64,000 bases of DNA from Leucoraja erinacea. Its lineage: Eukaryota. Positions 25,558-39,286 of the stretch are shown piece after piece (position 1 is the stretch's first letter; each line of letters opens with the position of its first letter). The position numbers were made by a program, and so were the translations under genes. The DNA lies in assembly GCF_028641065.1 (NCBI RefSeq), contig NC_073377.1, positions 151,714,001 to 151,778,000 of the forward strand. Direction: 5' to 3'. The notes beneath the pieces are model-generated. The model ran no database searches and had not been told where the DNA came from. It worked only from the letters and a program-made list of their open reading frames with translations.

Positions 25558-25684
25558 GTCTGAAGAAGGGTCTCGACCCAAAACGTCACCCATTCCTTCG
25601 CTCCATAGGTGCTGCCTCACCCGCCGAGTTTCTACAGTTTTTTGTCTACCTTCGATTTTTCCAGCATCTGCAGTTCTTTCTCAA
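25558..25684 (+). mobile_element. Short Penelope terminal-repeat insertion beginning at the hammerhead core
   Basis: TSD ACATTGATTC(G/A)TAA at 25544-25557 and 25685-25698; starts GTCTGAAGAAGGGTCTCGACCCAAAACGTC (GAAA box mutated). Confidence 0.8.
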
Positions 25685-26269
25685 ACATTGATTCATAAAA
25701 TGGATTTTCCTACTCCAAAATGGAAAATGTTTGGATAACTGAAAATGGTGGAGGACACTAAAATTATGCCAACTATTGGTAACGTTAAAATATTCAGTTT
25801 TATTTCAACCAAAGAACAAAATACCAGAAAGAACCAACCATCTGCCCATCAAAGCCCCCTCTTCACATGTATCCACCTGTAACATGCCAGGTTTTGATCT
25901 GCCCTTCCTCTCTTTCAGCTCTCTTCTCTCCCGTCCCCCCCCCAATCAATTTGAAGAAGGATCCCGGCCCAAAACATCACATCCTTGTTCTCTAAGGATG
26001 CCTGCTGACCTGCTGAGTTACAGTATATTCTTCTGTAAACCAGCATATGCAGTTCCTTGTTTCTACAAACAACAAGTATTATTTATTTCAATAATTTGTT
26101 CATTACATCACAGAAAGTGATCCTTTTTGAATGCGACAAGAAAATTTCAGCTGAGATGAGTTACTTACCTTATTATTTCCCCAAACCTTTTACACTATAT
26201 AGTACCCACAAGTCATGAGCATAATGAATTTCTTTCCTCTTGCAGTTCTCATTGAAACCTAACAAATAA

Positions 26270-26625
26270 TGAAAGGCCGAGATAGAGTGGATGTAAAGAG
26301 AATGTTTCCAGTACTGGGAGAGTCTAGCAGCAGAAGGCACAGCCTCAGAATAAAAAGAAGCATCTTTTAGAATGGAAAATGAGAGGGAATTTCTGTAACC
26401 AGAGGATGGTGAATCTGTGGAATACTGTGTCTCGGACGACAGGGGAGGCCAGGTAATTGGATATTTTTTAAAGCAGAGATTGATGGGTTCTTGATTAGTA
26501 ACGGCTTTGAAGGTTATAGGAGAAGGCAGGACAATGGGGTTGAGAAGGAAAATAGATTACCCATGATTGAATGGCAGAATAGACTCAATGGATGAATGGC
26601 CTAATTCTGCTCCGATGTCTTGTGG
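26270..26625 (+). mobile_element. Old CR1 3' fragment
   Basis: Homology to the other CR1 3' ends (ggtgaatctgtggaat, tggcctaattctgctcc). Confidence 0.7.
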
Positions 26626-27344
26626 TGATGCCCAGATTATTTTGGTAAATTAAAGGAGATTTGTATATACAAACCCATAACTTTTTTCCTGTTTTTTTAA
26701 AGCTTTTATATATAGAATATGCAAGTTATTCTTTGTCATAGAACGTATTCCTTCATTTTTCATTGATTAGATATTTAATGAAAAGGAAAATAAATGGGAT
26801 AATCACTTAGAATTGGGAGATATGATCTTGCTGCAGACCTTTTTTTTCAGCTTGTTGATGTAACACAACATTTAACTGAGAAGTTTAGTTTAGAAGTATT
26901 TTATTGTCTAATTTTATCATCATTTTCATATATTTTATTAAATTAATTAGAAGAAAATCAGTTTAATTGTGCAGTTAACAAAATATCCAATGGAAGTATT
27001 TGTTCCTCCCTGAGTAAATGAGAACCTATTGCTCATTATTTCAATGCTTGTGGTCTCATTGAATAATATTTAGTGGTATGAAATGTTTCCCATGAATATG
27101 CACACTAAATGGGACAACATCAATTGTGCTCTGGCATATTCCTTGTTTGAATAATGATGCTGATAACAAATGGAAAATATTGAAACAAAAAAAGTTCGAA
27201 TTCAAGGAATGTTCATGCGATTCTAATGGAGTTGCAGATCAATTCCTATTAATTAAGTCATGAAGTTCTGATGTTAAAAGTTACGTCATTAAAAATAATA
27301 GGTTACAATAAGTCTCTATTTAAAGATGCAACAATATATTATTA

Positions 27345-28394
27345 CAGGTGCACAACCTTTTATCCGAAAGCCTTGGGACCAGACACTTGTCGGATTTCGG
27401 ACATTTTCGGATTTCCGAATGGAAGATTTTTAGCGTAGATTAGGTAGGTAGCGCGGGCGGCTTGAAAAGTCTGGAGCGGCTGCCTCCTCCCCGGAGAGCG
27501 GGGAATCATTGTAAATCATTGCATAAATGTTAGTCAGTTAGTTTGGAGGGATTTTATGTGGTGGTGGTGGGGTGAAGGGGGAAACTTTAATTCTTAGTCC
27601 CCTACCTGGTCGGCGACTCCCAACATCGCGGAGCTGGGGGCTCCGTCCGGCCGCGGGCGGCGCCGGTTGGAGCTCCGACCCCGGCAACTCTACCCCTGGC
27701 TGCGAGGCGCTCCAAATCCAGCGCCGCCCGCACGCCCGCAGTCCCAGCTCCGCGAATGTTGGGAGTCGGCGGCAACAGCGCTCCGGAGCTTACCGCACGG
27801 CGACCCGGTAAGGCATTGCCCGCTCCCCGGTGGTATCTCAGCGCTGCGACGCCGCCGACTCCCAACATTCGCGGAGCTGGGGCTGCGGGCGTCCGGCCGC
27901 GGGCGGTGGTGGATTTGGAGCGCCTCGCAGCCAGGGGTAGAGTTGCCGGGGTCGGAGCTACAACCGGCGCCGGCCGGACGCCCACAGCCCCAGCTGGGAG
28001 TTGGCGGCCACAGCGCTGCGGAGCTTACTGCACGGCGACCCGGTAAGCCGGAGACCACTCCCCGCCTCTCCGACCAGGTAGGGGACTAAGAATTAAAGTT
28101 TACCCCTTTCACCCCCTCACCTCACCCCCCCCCCCCCCCCCCCCTTTCACATAAAAGCCCTCCAAACTAACTGACTAACATTTAAGCAATGATTTACAGA
28201 TATTTAAGTGTCTCCCCGGTCTCCGGGGAGGAGGCAGCCGCTACAGTAGTACAGACCTGGGTTGACCGTGGGTCGTTTCGGGTCAAGTTTGGCGCCAAAC
28301 GTGAGCTTTGGTGTGCAGACGACATCCTGGAAAAAATGGCCGGTTTTCGGAGTTTTTCGGTTTCCGGAACACCGGATAAAAGGTTGTGCACCTG
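27345..28394. mobile_element. Non-autonomous Tc1/mariner-pogo type fold-back element with GC-rich palindromic interior
   Basis: Perfect 22-bp TIR CAGGTGCACAACCTTTTATCCG, TA on both sides; internal inverted arms ~27477-27612 / ~28070-28240. Confidence 0.9.
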
Positions 28395-29009
28395 TACTTT
28401 TAACCATTAATCTCAAAGAATTTGCAGAAGGGTTGTGTTCCTATGTTGTTTACTAGCTTTGAAAATCTGTGAATGAAATTCTTCCAGCTTGAAAGTTTGG
28501 GACAATTTTGTGTGGTCTTTTGGTGACATGAAAAATCTGCTCAATTTTTTAAACGGCAAGATAGAGATCTGCATATATATTTAAAAATAATGTGGTGGTA
28601 AGCTGATCACCTGATGTTCAACTGACGTGTGGAGCAGGTCATTTGGTTAATCCATGTGTTGTGGAAAAGGGTAAAGGAGGTACTCAGTTTGGGAATCTTC
28701 AATATTTGTTTAAAATGAAGACTCAATAAATAAGAATTATCTGTAAAGAGTGATTAGAATTCATTTTGGGACCAATTGTCATTAATTACAACCATTTTCA
28801 CTCAGAAATTGAGCTAATTTCATCCTTCCATGACCTTATTAATAAAACTTATGCAACTTTCTCATTTCGAATTCGCTCCTAAATATATTGAAAACTTTAT
28901 GTCTCAATTTCACAAATGTCGCCTCTTTGGGAGCCACATATTCCCCTCTTGCAATCTGAAATGTTCTATTCTACCAGATGTGCCACCTGTACCTTCCGAT
29001 TCTCAATTC

Positions 29010-29545
29010 TCAGTTTTGGTCTCCTAATTTGAGGAAGGACATTCTTGCTAGTGAGGGTGCAGCGTAGGTTCACGAGGTTAATTCCCGGGATGGCGGGATT
29101 GTCATATGATGAAAGAATGGAGCGACTGGGCTTGTATTCACTGGAATTTAGAAGGATGAGAGGAACATCTTATAGAAACATATACAATTTTTAAGGAATT
29201 GGACACGCTCGATGCAGGAAACATGTTCGATATATTAGGGGAGTCCAGAACCAGGGGCCACAGTTTAAGAATAAGGGGTAGGCTATTTAGAGCTAGGATG
29301 AGGAAAAACATTTTCCCACAGAGTTGTGAATTTATGGAATTCTCTGCCTCAGAAGGCAGTGGAGGCCTATTCACTGGATGCATTCAAAAGAGAGTTAGAT
29401 AGCGTGCTCGGCTTGCGGTATCAAGGGCTATGGGGAGAAAGCAGGATCGGGGTACTGTTTGTGAATGGTAAGCCATGATCACATTGAATGGTGGTGCTGC
29501 CTCGAAGGGCCGAATGGCACCGATTGTCTATGTATTTATGTATCT
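29010..29545 (+). mobile_element. CR1 3' fragment
   Basis: cagttttggtctcctaatttgaggaaggacattcttgc through to the 3' hairpin and tail. Confidence 0.85.
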
Positions 29546-31972
29546 AATTTGGACAGGATATTGTTTGGCTAGTAGTAATACTCTATTGCCCCTGGTGTTT
29601 TAATCATGGCATGCAGGAATATCAGAGATTCTGCACCAGGAGCCAATTCTGAAGGGGAAAGGGCAGAGATGGAATTGATGTTCATACCTTGGAGAGGGAT
29701 GAGGGAAGGGAAGTGAGGCAAGCTGCCAGTTGTACAAACCTATGACTTCATGTAAATGTGTGAAGGGAAAGTGGTGAAAATGAATCTAAGTTCTAAAAAC
29801 CGATTGACCAAGAGGTGAAAAAGTCCTGGTCCATTTATTATTAATTTCCTTCCTCCCGATGTGTTATGTGTTAACTACTGCTATAGTAGGTTATTCTGTC
29901 ATACCTAATTAAGGATAAAAGTTGGAAAGTTGTAATATGCTTGTGAAATTAATTCTGCAATACCCAGATGTGTTGCAACCAAGTTATCAATAAGATAGAC
30001 AAAGTATATTTATTAAGTTGTTCCAAAGCAATAGCCTTGATGGTATTAAATCTCGTTTTTACCCTCTCCAGTCACCTCCCTGTAACAGCAATTCATTCCA
30101 GTCCAATTTTAATTGCTGCCTGTGCAGCATCCAACGAAATGCATTATTGTAAATCTCGTTTGAATAAAAAATAAATAATAAGTGTCCGGGGAGGGGGTGA
30201 TTGGCAGTCACCGAGGTACGTTGTTTAGTAGAGTGACAGCCGCCGGAAAGAAGCTGTTCCTAATATGCTGACTAGAACATGCACTAACAGTCTAATTAGT
30301 GTTGTGACCTACTTGCTTTTATATTTTATCCCTTGTCTAACAAAGAATAACATCTCTTGACTTTGTACCATTTTAATTAGCTGTGCTGTTTTTTCCAAGG
30401 TTCCCTTGGTCCTCCACACAACTTGTAATTCTCCAATTTATCTTATATTACTCTGCATTGTTGCATCTCCCCAAATACATTTACTCACACTTTTCTGTTT
30501 ATTAATTTTGATGTGCCATTTTTATGCACAATTGACAAAACCATTTGTATATCTCTGCAGATTAAAGCTTCCCTCCCATTGTCAACCATATGGCCATTCA
30601 CAAAGCATACATAAGGCAGAACAGTTGGAGTTGAATGCAATCAACATGGATTTTGAAGCATGTACAAATGGGGTATGCCAACACAGGGTTTTTGCTGGGT
30701 TAGAAACTTAGAAAATTTGATCAATAACTCAAAACTTCATGACAGCTGTAAAATTTAAATTCATCTGGATGAATATTCTGCAATACAACATGTATCAGCA
30801 ATGGTGAGCATGCAAATATTGGATTGTTATAAAGAAGCATCAAGTTTGCCTGTCATTTTTAAGAAAGGAACCCATTTTAGCTGCACTGCTCTAAAAATGC
30901 AGTTTTCGCAAGCAATATCCACCTGAAATTAAAAAATTGATGTCCATTGATAATAATGACCGTATTACGACAGAAAAAGTGTGGATATTATTGATAGAGC
31001 GTTGGGGAACACGAGAGGCAATGGTACAGGCTTATGTTGAAGAGAATGGAGGAAGTCATTTTTTTTTTCATTCCATCATTTCCATGCTGAACATCAGTAG
31101 TCATCGACTCGTCTAATTTGCCATTACTTGATTGATCTTTAGCCTTCTCAGCCTTGGCAATTAAAGAACTCCTTAAATATTGTGACAGTCTGCCTCGACC
31201 ACCTACTTCAGCAATGAATTCCGGAGAAGAAAAAATCTTTTTCAAATCCGCCTTAAATCTTTTGCCCCTTTTGCATCCTAAACGTTTGTCTTCTAATTTT
31301 AAATATCACTGCAATGTTATAAGTGAAATATTTCTTCCCAGGCCTACCATAGCAGCCTGGAATACAACTCATCAGGTTTCAAGGAATTAGTCACTTTTAA
31401 GACACTAAAACATTTATTGCCATTTTTATATGATAAATGGATACACATTATTGTCCCCCTTTGCTGTGTTATTCAGCCACAATAACCTCAATGTATGCAG
31501 ATGAGAAATACTCCTTTAAAATCTCACCTACCTCCTGCTCCATGTGCCCTTTTGGACCCTAATGAGGTCTATTCTTTCCCTGGTTACCAGCTTGCCCTTA
31601 ATATGCTTTATACAACCCTCAATATCTCTTGACATTATGGGGAAAACCTTCTGTCCTTGCCTTTTTCCTTGCAGGAACATTTTGCCCCTGAAATCTCACA
31701 ATTTCACTTTTTAAATAATTCCATTTGCCAGACTTAATTGCAAGTAGCTGCTTCCAGTGCGCTTTTGCCAGGCCCTGGTGAATGTGATATTGATCAGCCT
31801 TCTCCTGATTTAGGTTCTTAATTTCTCGATTATTCTTGTCACTTTCCAGAAATACCTTGATACTTAGGCTGGTGGTTACTATCTACAATACATTCTTCCA
31901 TTAGTACTCTAATTATTTGCCCAGCTAGTCCAGTTTCACTCTTTCCTCTCGTAGAGCTATCTACAATGTAAA

Positions 31973-32077
31973 TAGATCCATTCAGTCTGAAGAAGGGTCT
32001 CGACCCAAAACATTGCCTATTCCTTCGCTCCATAGATGCTGCCTCACCCGCTGAGTTTCTCCAGCTTTTTTGACTAC
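31973..32077 (+). mobile_element. Short Penelope terminal-repeat insertion with degenerate hammerhead core
   Basis: TSD CTACAA(T/C)GTAAA at 31961-31972 and 32078-32089; an older Penelope GIY-YIG remnant follows (minus, ~32090-32410). Confidence 0.75.
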
Positions 32078-33699
32078 CTACAACGTAAAGGAGGTCACAT
32101 TTGCACACAGAATGCAGTAGATGCAGTTTGAGGATGTGTACGTGAACCTCTGTCTCACCTGGAAGGACTACTGGGATCCCTGGATGGATGTGATGGTGGA
32201 AGTAAAGAACAGGTGCTATATCTCCTGTGGTTGCAGGGGAAAGTACCTTGGAGGGGGCAGTTTATGTCAGAAAGGATAAGTAAACCAACAAGTAGTAGAG
32301 GGTGGAAGCTAAGGACCAGGAAAATATCCTTGTTCCACCTGGGGAGAGGGAGGAGGAGTGAGAGCAGAACTACTGGACGCAGAGGGGATGTGGGTGAAGG
32401 ATCCATCTTTCACAGCTGGGGGGTTTACCACGCTTGCTGTGCTTGGTAACAAAATACGTTTGGTTTAAAATATCTCTTGAACTAGGCACCAATAAAATTA
32501 TGTGTCTGATCTACACCAGTAACATGCCCTATGTTTACATGAGGCAGAAATTTCACTTGGTATATATATATACGCAAATGTCTCGTGGTCATTTCACTTT
32601 ACAAACCATTATCTCTCCTGTTGTCGACAGTAATTGTGTACATAGCTGTCATTCAATGTCAAAACTGATGACTGCATGTCATTTACATTTGAACAGTTTT
32701 TTGAACTGGTTCTCATTAGTATTAATGCTTACTGTCCACCTCAACCCATAACTTCTGAATAATCCTTAATAACAGAGCGGGTGCAGGCAAAGGTGTCAAG
32801 AACTAGGAGGCATAGTATTAGAGGCAAGTCTCGGGACTGAGAGGAGAAGAAATTTTGCCTAGAAGGTAATAGAGAATCAGGAATTCTCTATCCAAGAGTG
32901 GCCTGAAAATTCTATTATTGTGTTTAGTTAAGAAAGAGATTTTGAGATTTTAGATAATAAAAGAAGTGGGGGATTTCAAGTTGAGATAAGCGATTAGCAA
33001 TGATCTTATTAAATGGTGGATTCGACACCGATCTGAAAGGCGTATGCTTCCCAAAGTCATACAAAATGGAAATGGACCCTTTTAGGCCACTGGGTCTGTG
33101 CCATCATCAAGATGCTTTTACACGACAGGTCCATCACAAAGCCTATTTTATTCTCCCCACATTTCCATCACCCTCACTGATTCTGTCACTCAACTGCACA
33201 CTCAGGCGAATTTGTAGTGAGTAATTAATCTTCCAATCTCCACTTCTTGAGGTTATGTGAGGAAGCTTGAGTAACCGAAGCAAAACCATGGAAGGACATA
33301 TAAAGTCCACACAGACAGCTTTAGATGGCTTGGACTAAACCTGGCTAACAGAGCTATGAGGCAGAAATACTATCAGCTGTATTGCTGTGCTGCTTCAATG
33401 TCTTTGGTTGTCAAAATGATTTGTAGCCAATTAAGTAGTTTTGAGATCCAGTTAGTTAATCTTGTAAAATGGCAGTTAAAATCAGCACATGGACTACTAT
33501 TTATTTCTCAAATTAATGTCACTAAGTTTTCTTTGTTGATAAAGCTCCACAGTGCTTCCTCTGTACTAACCAGGTTATCAGGAATGGGATATTGATACAC
33601 CAGCTTCTGATTTAGGAGTGAGTGCTACCAAGTCAGAGGTACGTGCGACTGGGACGTTGTAGCCTTTAGCTTTAACATGGTTAAGAGAAGGGCTGGACT

Positions 33700-35359
33700 G
33701 ACCTTACAACATACAGTTGTTTCAGGAGAGACAGAAGTGAGGGTAAAAGAGGAGGGGGTATTACATTATTGGTAAAGGAAGATGTCAAGGCAGTGATCAG
33801 AGGTGACATTATGGACGGTTTGTCTGGTGATTCTATATGGTGGAGCTGAGGAAGAAGTAAGAGATGATCATTTTGTTGGTGTACTACAGGCTCCCAATTA
33901 GCCAATGGGAATAAAAAGAGCAAATATGCCAGGAGATGGCAGGCAGCAGTAGGTCTAATAAGGTTGTCGTAATAGGGGATTTTAACTTTACCAATGTTGA
34001 CTGGGAATGTCATAGTGCAAAAGGTTTAGACGGGGTGAAATGTGTCAATGTATCCAGGAGAGTTTTCTCCGTCAATATGTAGAGAGCCCCACACAGCAGA
34101 GGGCAATGCTTGATCTAGTCTTGGGAAATTAGATTGTATGGGGCAAGTGGATGAAGTGTTGGTGGATGAGCCTTTTGGGACAAGCAACCTTTGTTTAATT
34201 AGGTTTAAGATAGTTATGGATAGAGACGGAGAGGGCCCACAAGTTAAAATTCTAATTTTAAGGCTAACTTTGAGTGTATGAGACAGGAACTCATTCAAGT
34301 TGATTAGAGTATGTTATTTGAAGGAAAAGGAACGTCTGGAAAGTGGGATGTTTTCAAAAGTGTGCTGACAGAAGTCCAGGACATGTACGTTCCTGTTAGC
34401 AGGGCAAGGCAGGTGAGCATAAGGAAACTTTGATGATGAGGGAAATTGAAACTGGTCAAGAGTAAGAAGGAGGTATGGGGTAGATATAAGCAGCTGTAAT
34501 CAAGTATATTTCTGGAGGAGTTTCGGGAGAAAAGGAGCAAACTAAAAAAGGAAAGACAGATTATTATCTGAATGGTGTCAGATTAGGAAAAGGAGAGGTA
34601 CAAGAGACCTGGGGTGTGCTTGTATATCTGTCACTGAGAGTAAGCATTATCGTACAGCAGGCAGTGAAGAAAGCTAATGGCATGTTGGCCTTCATTGGGA
34701 GAGGATTTGATTTTAGGAGCAAGGACGTCCTACTGCAATTGTATAGGGCCCTGGTGAGACCACACCTGGAGTATTGTGTGCAGTTTTGGTCTCCTAATTT
34801 GAGGAAGGACATTGATATTGAGGGACTGCAGCGTAGGTTCATCACACTAATGGCGGGACTGACATATGATGACAGGATGGGTCGATCTTATAGAAACATA
34901 TAAAATTCTCAAAGGATTTGACAGGCTAGATGCAGGAAAAAAGTTCTTGATGTTGGGGGAGTCCAGAACCAGGGGTCACAGTTTGAGAATAATGGGTAGG
35001 CCATTTAGGACTGAGACGAGGAAAAACTTTTTCACCCAGAGAGTTGTGAATCTGTGGAATTCTCCGCCATAGAAGGCAGTGGAGGCCATTTTGCTGGATG
35101 TTTTCAAGTTAGATTTAGCTCTTGGGGCTAAAGGAATCAAGAGATATGGAGGAAAAGCAGGAACGGGGTACTGATTTTAGATACCATGATCATATTGAAT
35201 GGCAGTGCTGGCTCGAAAGGCCAAATGGCCAACTCCTGCACCTATTTTTCTATGTTTTTTTATGAAATCAGGGCAAAAGGGGGACAGGAGATAGTTTTGG
35301 CAGATAGCATTAAGGATAATCCCAAGAGATTTAATTACACAAAGCGAAAAAGGGTAACC

Positions 35360-35391
<32 letters not shown>

Positions 35392-36095
35392 TGAGACACC
35401 TCAGGATTGAAAGCGTTTAATTGTGCGTGGGAGCGCAGGTGATGGGCAAGGTCCTCAGAGTATTTATCCTCTGTTTTTACGGTATAGAAAGACATGACGT
35501 CTGGAGAACTAGGGGCAGTCAATGGAAACGTCGTGAGAGCAGTCAGTATTATGGTTGAAGAGGTGCTGAAGATCCTGACGATAGGTAGAAGGTAGACAAA
35601 TCTCCCGTGCCTGATCAGATATATCTGAAGACACTGGGAAGATGGAGAGAAAATTGCAGGTGCCCTGACTGAGATTTACGAGGCGTCATTAAATACAGGC
35701 AAGGTGCCGGAAGACTGGTACGTGGCAAATGCTGTGCCTCTATTCAAGAAAGGCTGCAGGGAATAGCCCAGTGAGCCTAACATCTGTGGTCGGAACATTA
35801 CTAGAGAGTATTCTGAGGGATAAGATATACATGAATTTAAATGGATAAGGACTGATTTAATTTTGTATGTTAGAGGTCATGTATCACAAATCTGATTTTG
35901 AAGATGTGACCAAAAAGATTGATGAGGGTAGAGCTGTAGACTTTGTATATGTGGATTTCAGCACGGTATTCAAAAAGGTTCCGCATGGTTGGCTGCTCTG
36001 TTAGATTAACTCACATGGGATCCAAGAAGAGATAACTGAATGGATAGAAAATTGGCTTCATGGAAGGAAGCAGAGAGTGATGATGGAAACCTGCA
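33700..36095 (+). mobile_element. Old CR1 ORF2 fragment (APE to RT), related to the 440-5178 element, with a younger CR1 nested at 34555-35263
   Basis: GDFN at ~33975; collinear with ~2990-4610; the nested copy is flanked by a GAAA duplication (34551-54 / 35264-67). Confidence 0.8.
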
Positions 36096-36112
36096 GGTGA
36101 TGATGGAAACTT

Positions 36113-37470
36113 GCAGACACAAAAAGTGGGAGTAACTCAGTGGGCCAGACAGCATCTCTGGAGAAAAGGAATAGATGATGTTTCGTGTCGATACCCTTCT
36201 TCAGACCGAGAATCAGGGGAAAGGGAAACGAGAGATATAGACAGTGATACAGAGATATAGAATAAATGAATGAAAGATATGCAAAAAGGTAACAATGATA
36301 AAGGAAGCAGTCCATTGTTAGCTGTGGGCTAGGTAAAAACGAGTTATACAGACAATGAAACTCACCAAGGAGACAGTGAAACTATTACAGTAACTACGGT
36401 GGGGTAGGGACAGAGAGAGAGAGAGAGGGGATGCAAGGGTTACCTGAAGTTAGAGGAACCTATTTTCATACTGCTGGGTTGTAAGCTGCTCAAACGAAAT
36501 ATGAGGTGCTGTTCATAGCAAAAGGATTTGAGTATAAGAGCAGGGAGGTTCTACTGTAGTTGTACAGGGTCTTGGTGAGACCACACCTGGAGTATTGCGT
36601 ACAGTTTTGGTCTCCTAATCTGAGGAAAGACATTCTTGCCATAGAGGGAGTACAGAGAAGGTTCACCAGACTGATCCCTGGGATGGCAGGACTTTCATAT
36701 GAAGAAAGACTGGATAGACTCGGCTTGTACACGCTAGAATTTAGAAGATTGAGGGGGGATCTTATAGAAACTTACAAAATTCTTAAGGGTTTGAATAGGC
36801 TAGATGCAGGAAGATTATTCCCGATGTTGGGGAAGTCCAGAACTAGGGCCACAGTTTAAGGATAAGAGGGAAATCTTTTAGGACTGAGATGAGAAAATCA
36901 TTTTTTACACAGAGAGTGGTGAATCTGTGGAATTCTCTGCCACAGAAGGTAGTTGAGGCCAGTTCATTGGCTATATTTAAGTTAGATGTGGCCCTTGCGG
37001 CTAAAGGGATCAGGAGGTATGGAGAGAAGGCAGGGATGGGATACCGAGTTGGATGATCAGCGATGATCATATCGAATGGCAGTGTAGGCTCGAAGGGCCG
37101 AATGGCCTACTCCTGCACCTATTTTCTATGTTCCTCCAATTTGCGTTTGGCCTCAATCTAACAATGGAGGAGGGCCAGGACAAAAAGGTCAGTGTGGGAA
37201 TGGGAAGGGGAATTAAAGTGTTTGGCAAATGGGAGTTCATGTAGGCCCAGGCCTGGCAAAAGTGTTCGGCGAAAAGATTGCCCAGTCGTTGTTTGGTCTC
37301 GCCGATCTATAAGAGTCCACACCTGGAACAACGGATACAGTAGATGAGGTTGGGTTAGGTGCAAATTCTGCCTAAGCTGAAAGGACTGTCGGGGTCTCTG
37401 TACAGAGTCGAGGGAGGAGGTATGGGGACAGGTATTGCATCTCCTGCGTTTGCAGGGGAAGGTACCTGCG
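36113..37470 (-). mobile_element. Penelope-like 3' fragment with hammerhead-like core (36176-36206), interrupted by a young CR1
   Basis: PLE sequence gaggtgctgttc|ctccaatttgcg is split by the CR1; GIY-YIG-region homology at 37134-37470. Confidence 0.75.
36515..37130 (+). mobile_element. Young CR1 3' fragment inserted in the Penelope element
   Basis: [23 protein letters not shown]..; short TGTTC duplication at the junctions. Confidence 0.88.
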
Positions 37471-38761
37471 GGATGAATTTGTTAATAAAGTCATCTGATG
37501 GATAGATTGATGTGGGCACTTGGGGAGAGGGAATGCAGACACAGTAATGTAAAAGTTGCAAATTTCCGGCTGAGAGGACGTTCTTAGCCTGTCTGGCTGC
37601 GTTAGTGTGGAGAGTGGAATACTGAGCCAATTATCACAGATGGATATCCTGGTCTGTTCTAGAAAGAAAATTAGTTGTTTGAATTTGTGTAGAATTTGAC
37701 AACGGGTCTAAGGTAGCTGCATGCCCGGACAGAAGGTGAGGCATTGTTCTTCAAGCCTCTGTTGAGCCTCATTGTAATAGTACAGCAAGCCCCCATTAAG
37801 TCAGAGTGGGGTAGAGAGTTAAAGTAACAAGCAACTGGAAACTCAGGGTTGCATCTTTGCATGAAACGCAGGTGCTCCACAAGGCACTAACCCATTCTGT
37901 GTTTGCTTTGAGAAAATCATGTTTTGAACAATGAAATGTTGCAACAGATTAACAATAGAATAAGGTTAAATGAATCATCTTTTTACATGGAAGGACCATT
38001 TGGATCTCTGAACCATAGGAAGGTTTGAGTACTGGTGATGCATCTCCTATAGTTGCGTGGAAGAGTGCCATAAAAAGGCAGACATTGGTTAGGATTGAAG
38101 AGCAGGCCAGAGAATTGCATAGGGAGCACTTTATGAAATGTGTAGGAAAGAACTGCAGATACTGGTTGAAATCAAAGGTAGACTCTCTATGAAATGCTGA
38201 AATAAGAGCTGAGGAAAATATGTTTTCTGCTCGTATAACCCCTTTAAAGGTGGAGGAAAGTTTATCAAGCTTGAGTAACAACACCTCATGTACCATCCAG
38301 AAATGTTGCAGCCCACCAGATATAATATTGTATTTTACAATGCAAGTTCACTTGCTTTCTCCTTCAGTGATATTGGTTACAGGGGATTTTTTCTCTCTCC
38401 TTCAGTACAACTTGGCCTCTGCTTTTGCTAATAATTTATATCTGTGGTCTTGGCCATTGATTTTTCAGTTGATACCCATTTATTTTTACATACTTAATTT
38501 AGGTCTTCATTATAATTAATACTTTTTATCAAATCTCCTTTTAGCACCCTCTGGCCCATTTCTTTCAAGGCTTCTGCGCCTGTTTAAAAGTGTCATACCC
38601 TGAATTATTTGTAAAACTCCAGAAGAGGATGGATGAATTAATGTTTTATTGTGAGCATAGATTCTTGGCATGTGTACTCTAATTTGAGGATATTTTTTTT
38701 AATTGCTTAGGTAAAATATCCTCTTGCTTTTAAAGACTTGTGCACAGTTGGACAGAACTAA

Positions 38762-39286
38762 AGCCCCTGCCCCACTTTCACGACCTAATTGGCGACCTCT
38801 GCCGAGTTTGCCTTTGACTCATACTCGCAGCATGGTCGCCAGAAGGTCGTAGGAGGTCTTTGTAACTCTTCCTCATGCTCGTGAGTGGTCCGCGTACTCG
38901 TGGCCTCAAGTAGGTTGCGGTGTTTTTTCCAGCCTGATAAAAAATGTCCACGACTAAAAAAAAAGGTCGGCATGGAAAAAATTGATACTTTTTACTCGTA
39001 GGTAGGTCGTAGTAGGTCGTGATGGTAGTCGTAGGCAGTCGTAGGGTCGGTAACTGGCCCGAGAAAAAAAATGCAAACATTACATCATTTTATCATTTTC
39101 CACTCGTAGCTAGTAGTAGTTGGTCTTAGATGTGGAAGACTGAGGTCGAGGGGGGTCGTAGGAGGTCGTAGACATAGTCGTAGGAGGTCCTTTACTTTGG
39201 CGAGTCAACACAACCTTGACATTTTTTTCAGCTCGTCTAGGTTCTTCTAAACTCGTGGATTAGGTCGTCCAAGTGGGACAAGCCCT
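38762..39286. mobile_element. PIF/Harbinger-type MITE
   Basis: Imperfect TIRs AGCCCCTGCCCCACTT / AAGTGGGACAAGCCCT; internal GTCGTAG repeats; shares aaaaatgtccacga with the 23601 element. Confidence 0.7.

Noticed and set aside
27572-28456. Many overlapping GC-rich ORFs (also at 11299-11736, 18490-19275, 55592-56029)
   Set aside because: Stop-poor GC-rich or palindromic repeat sequence with no recognisable domains.
38990-39190. GTCGTAG repeats as a CRISPR-like array
   Set aside because: Irregular short repeats inside a Harbinger MITE; no constant repeat-spacer period and no cas genes.
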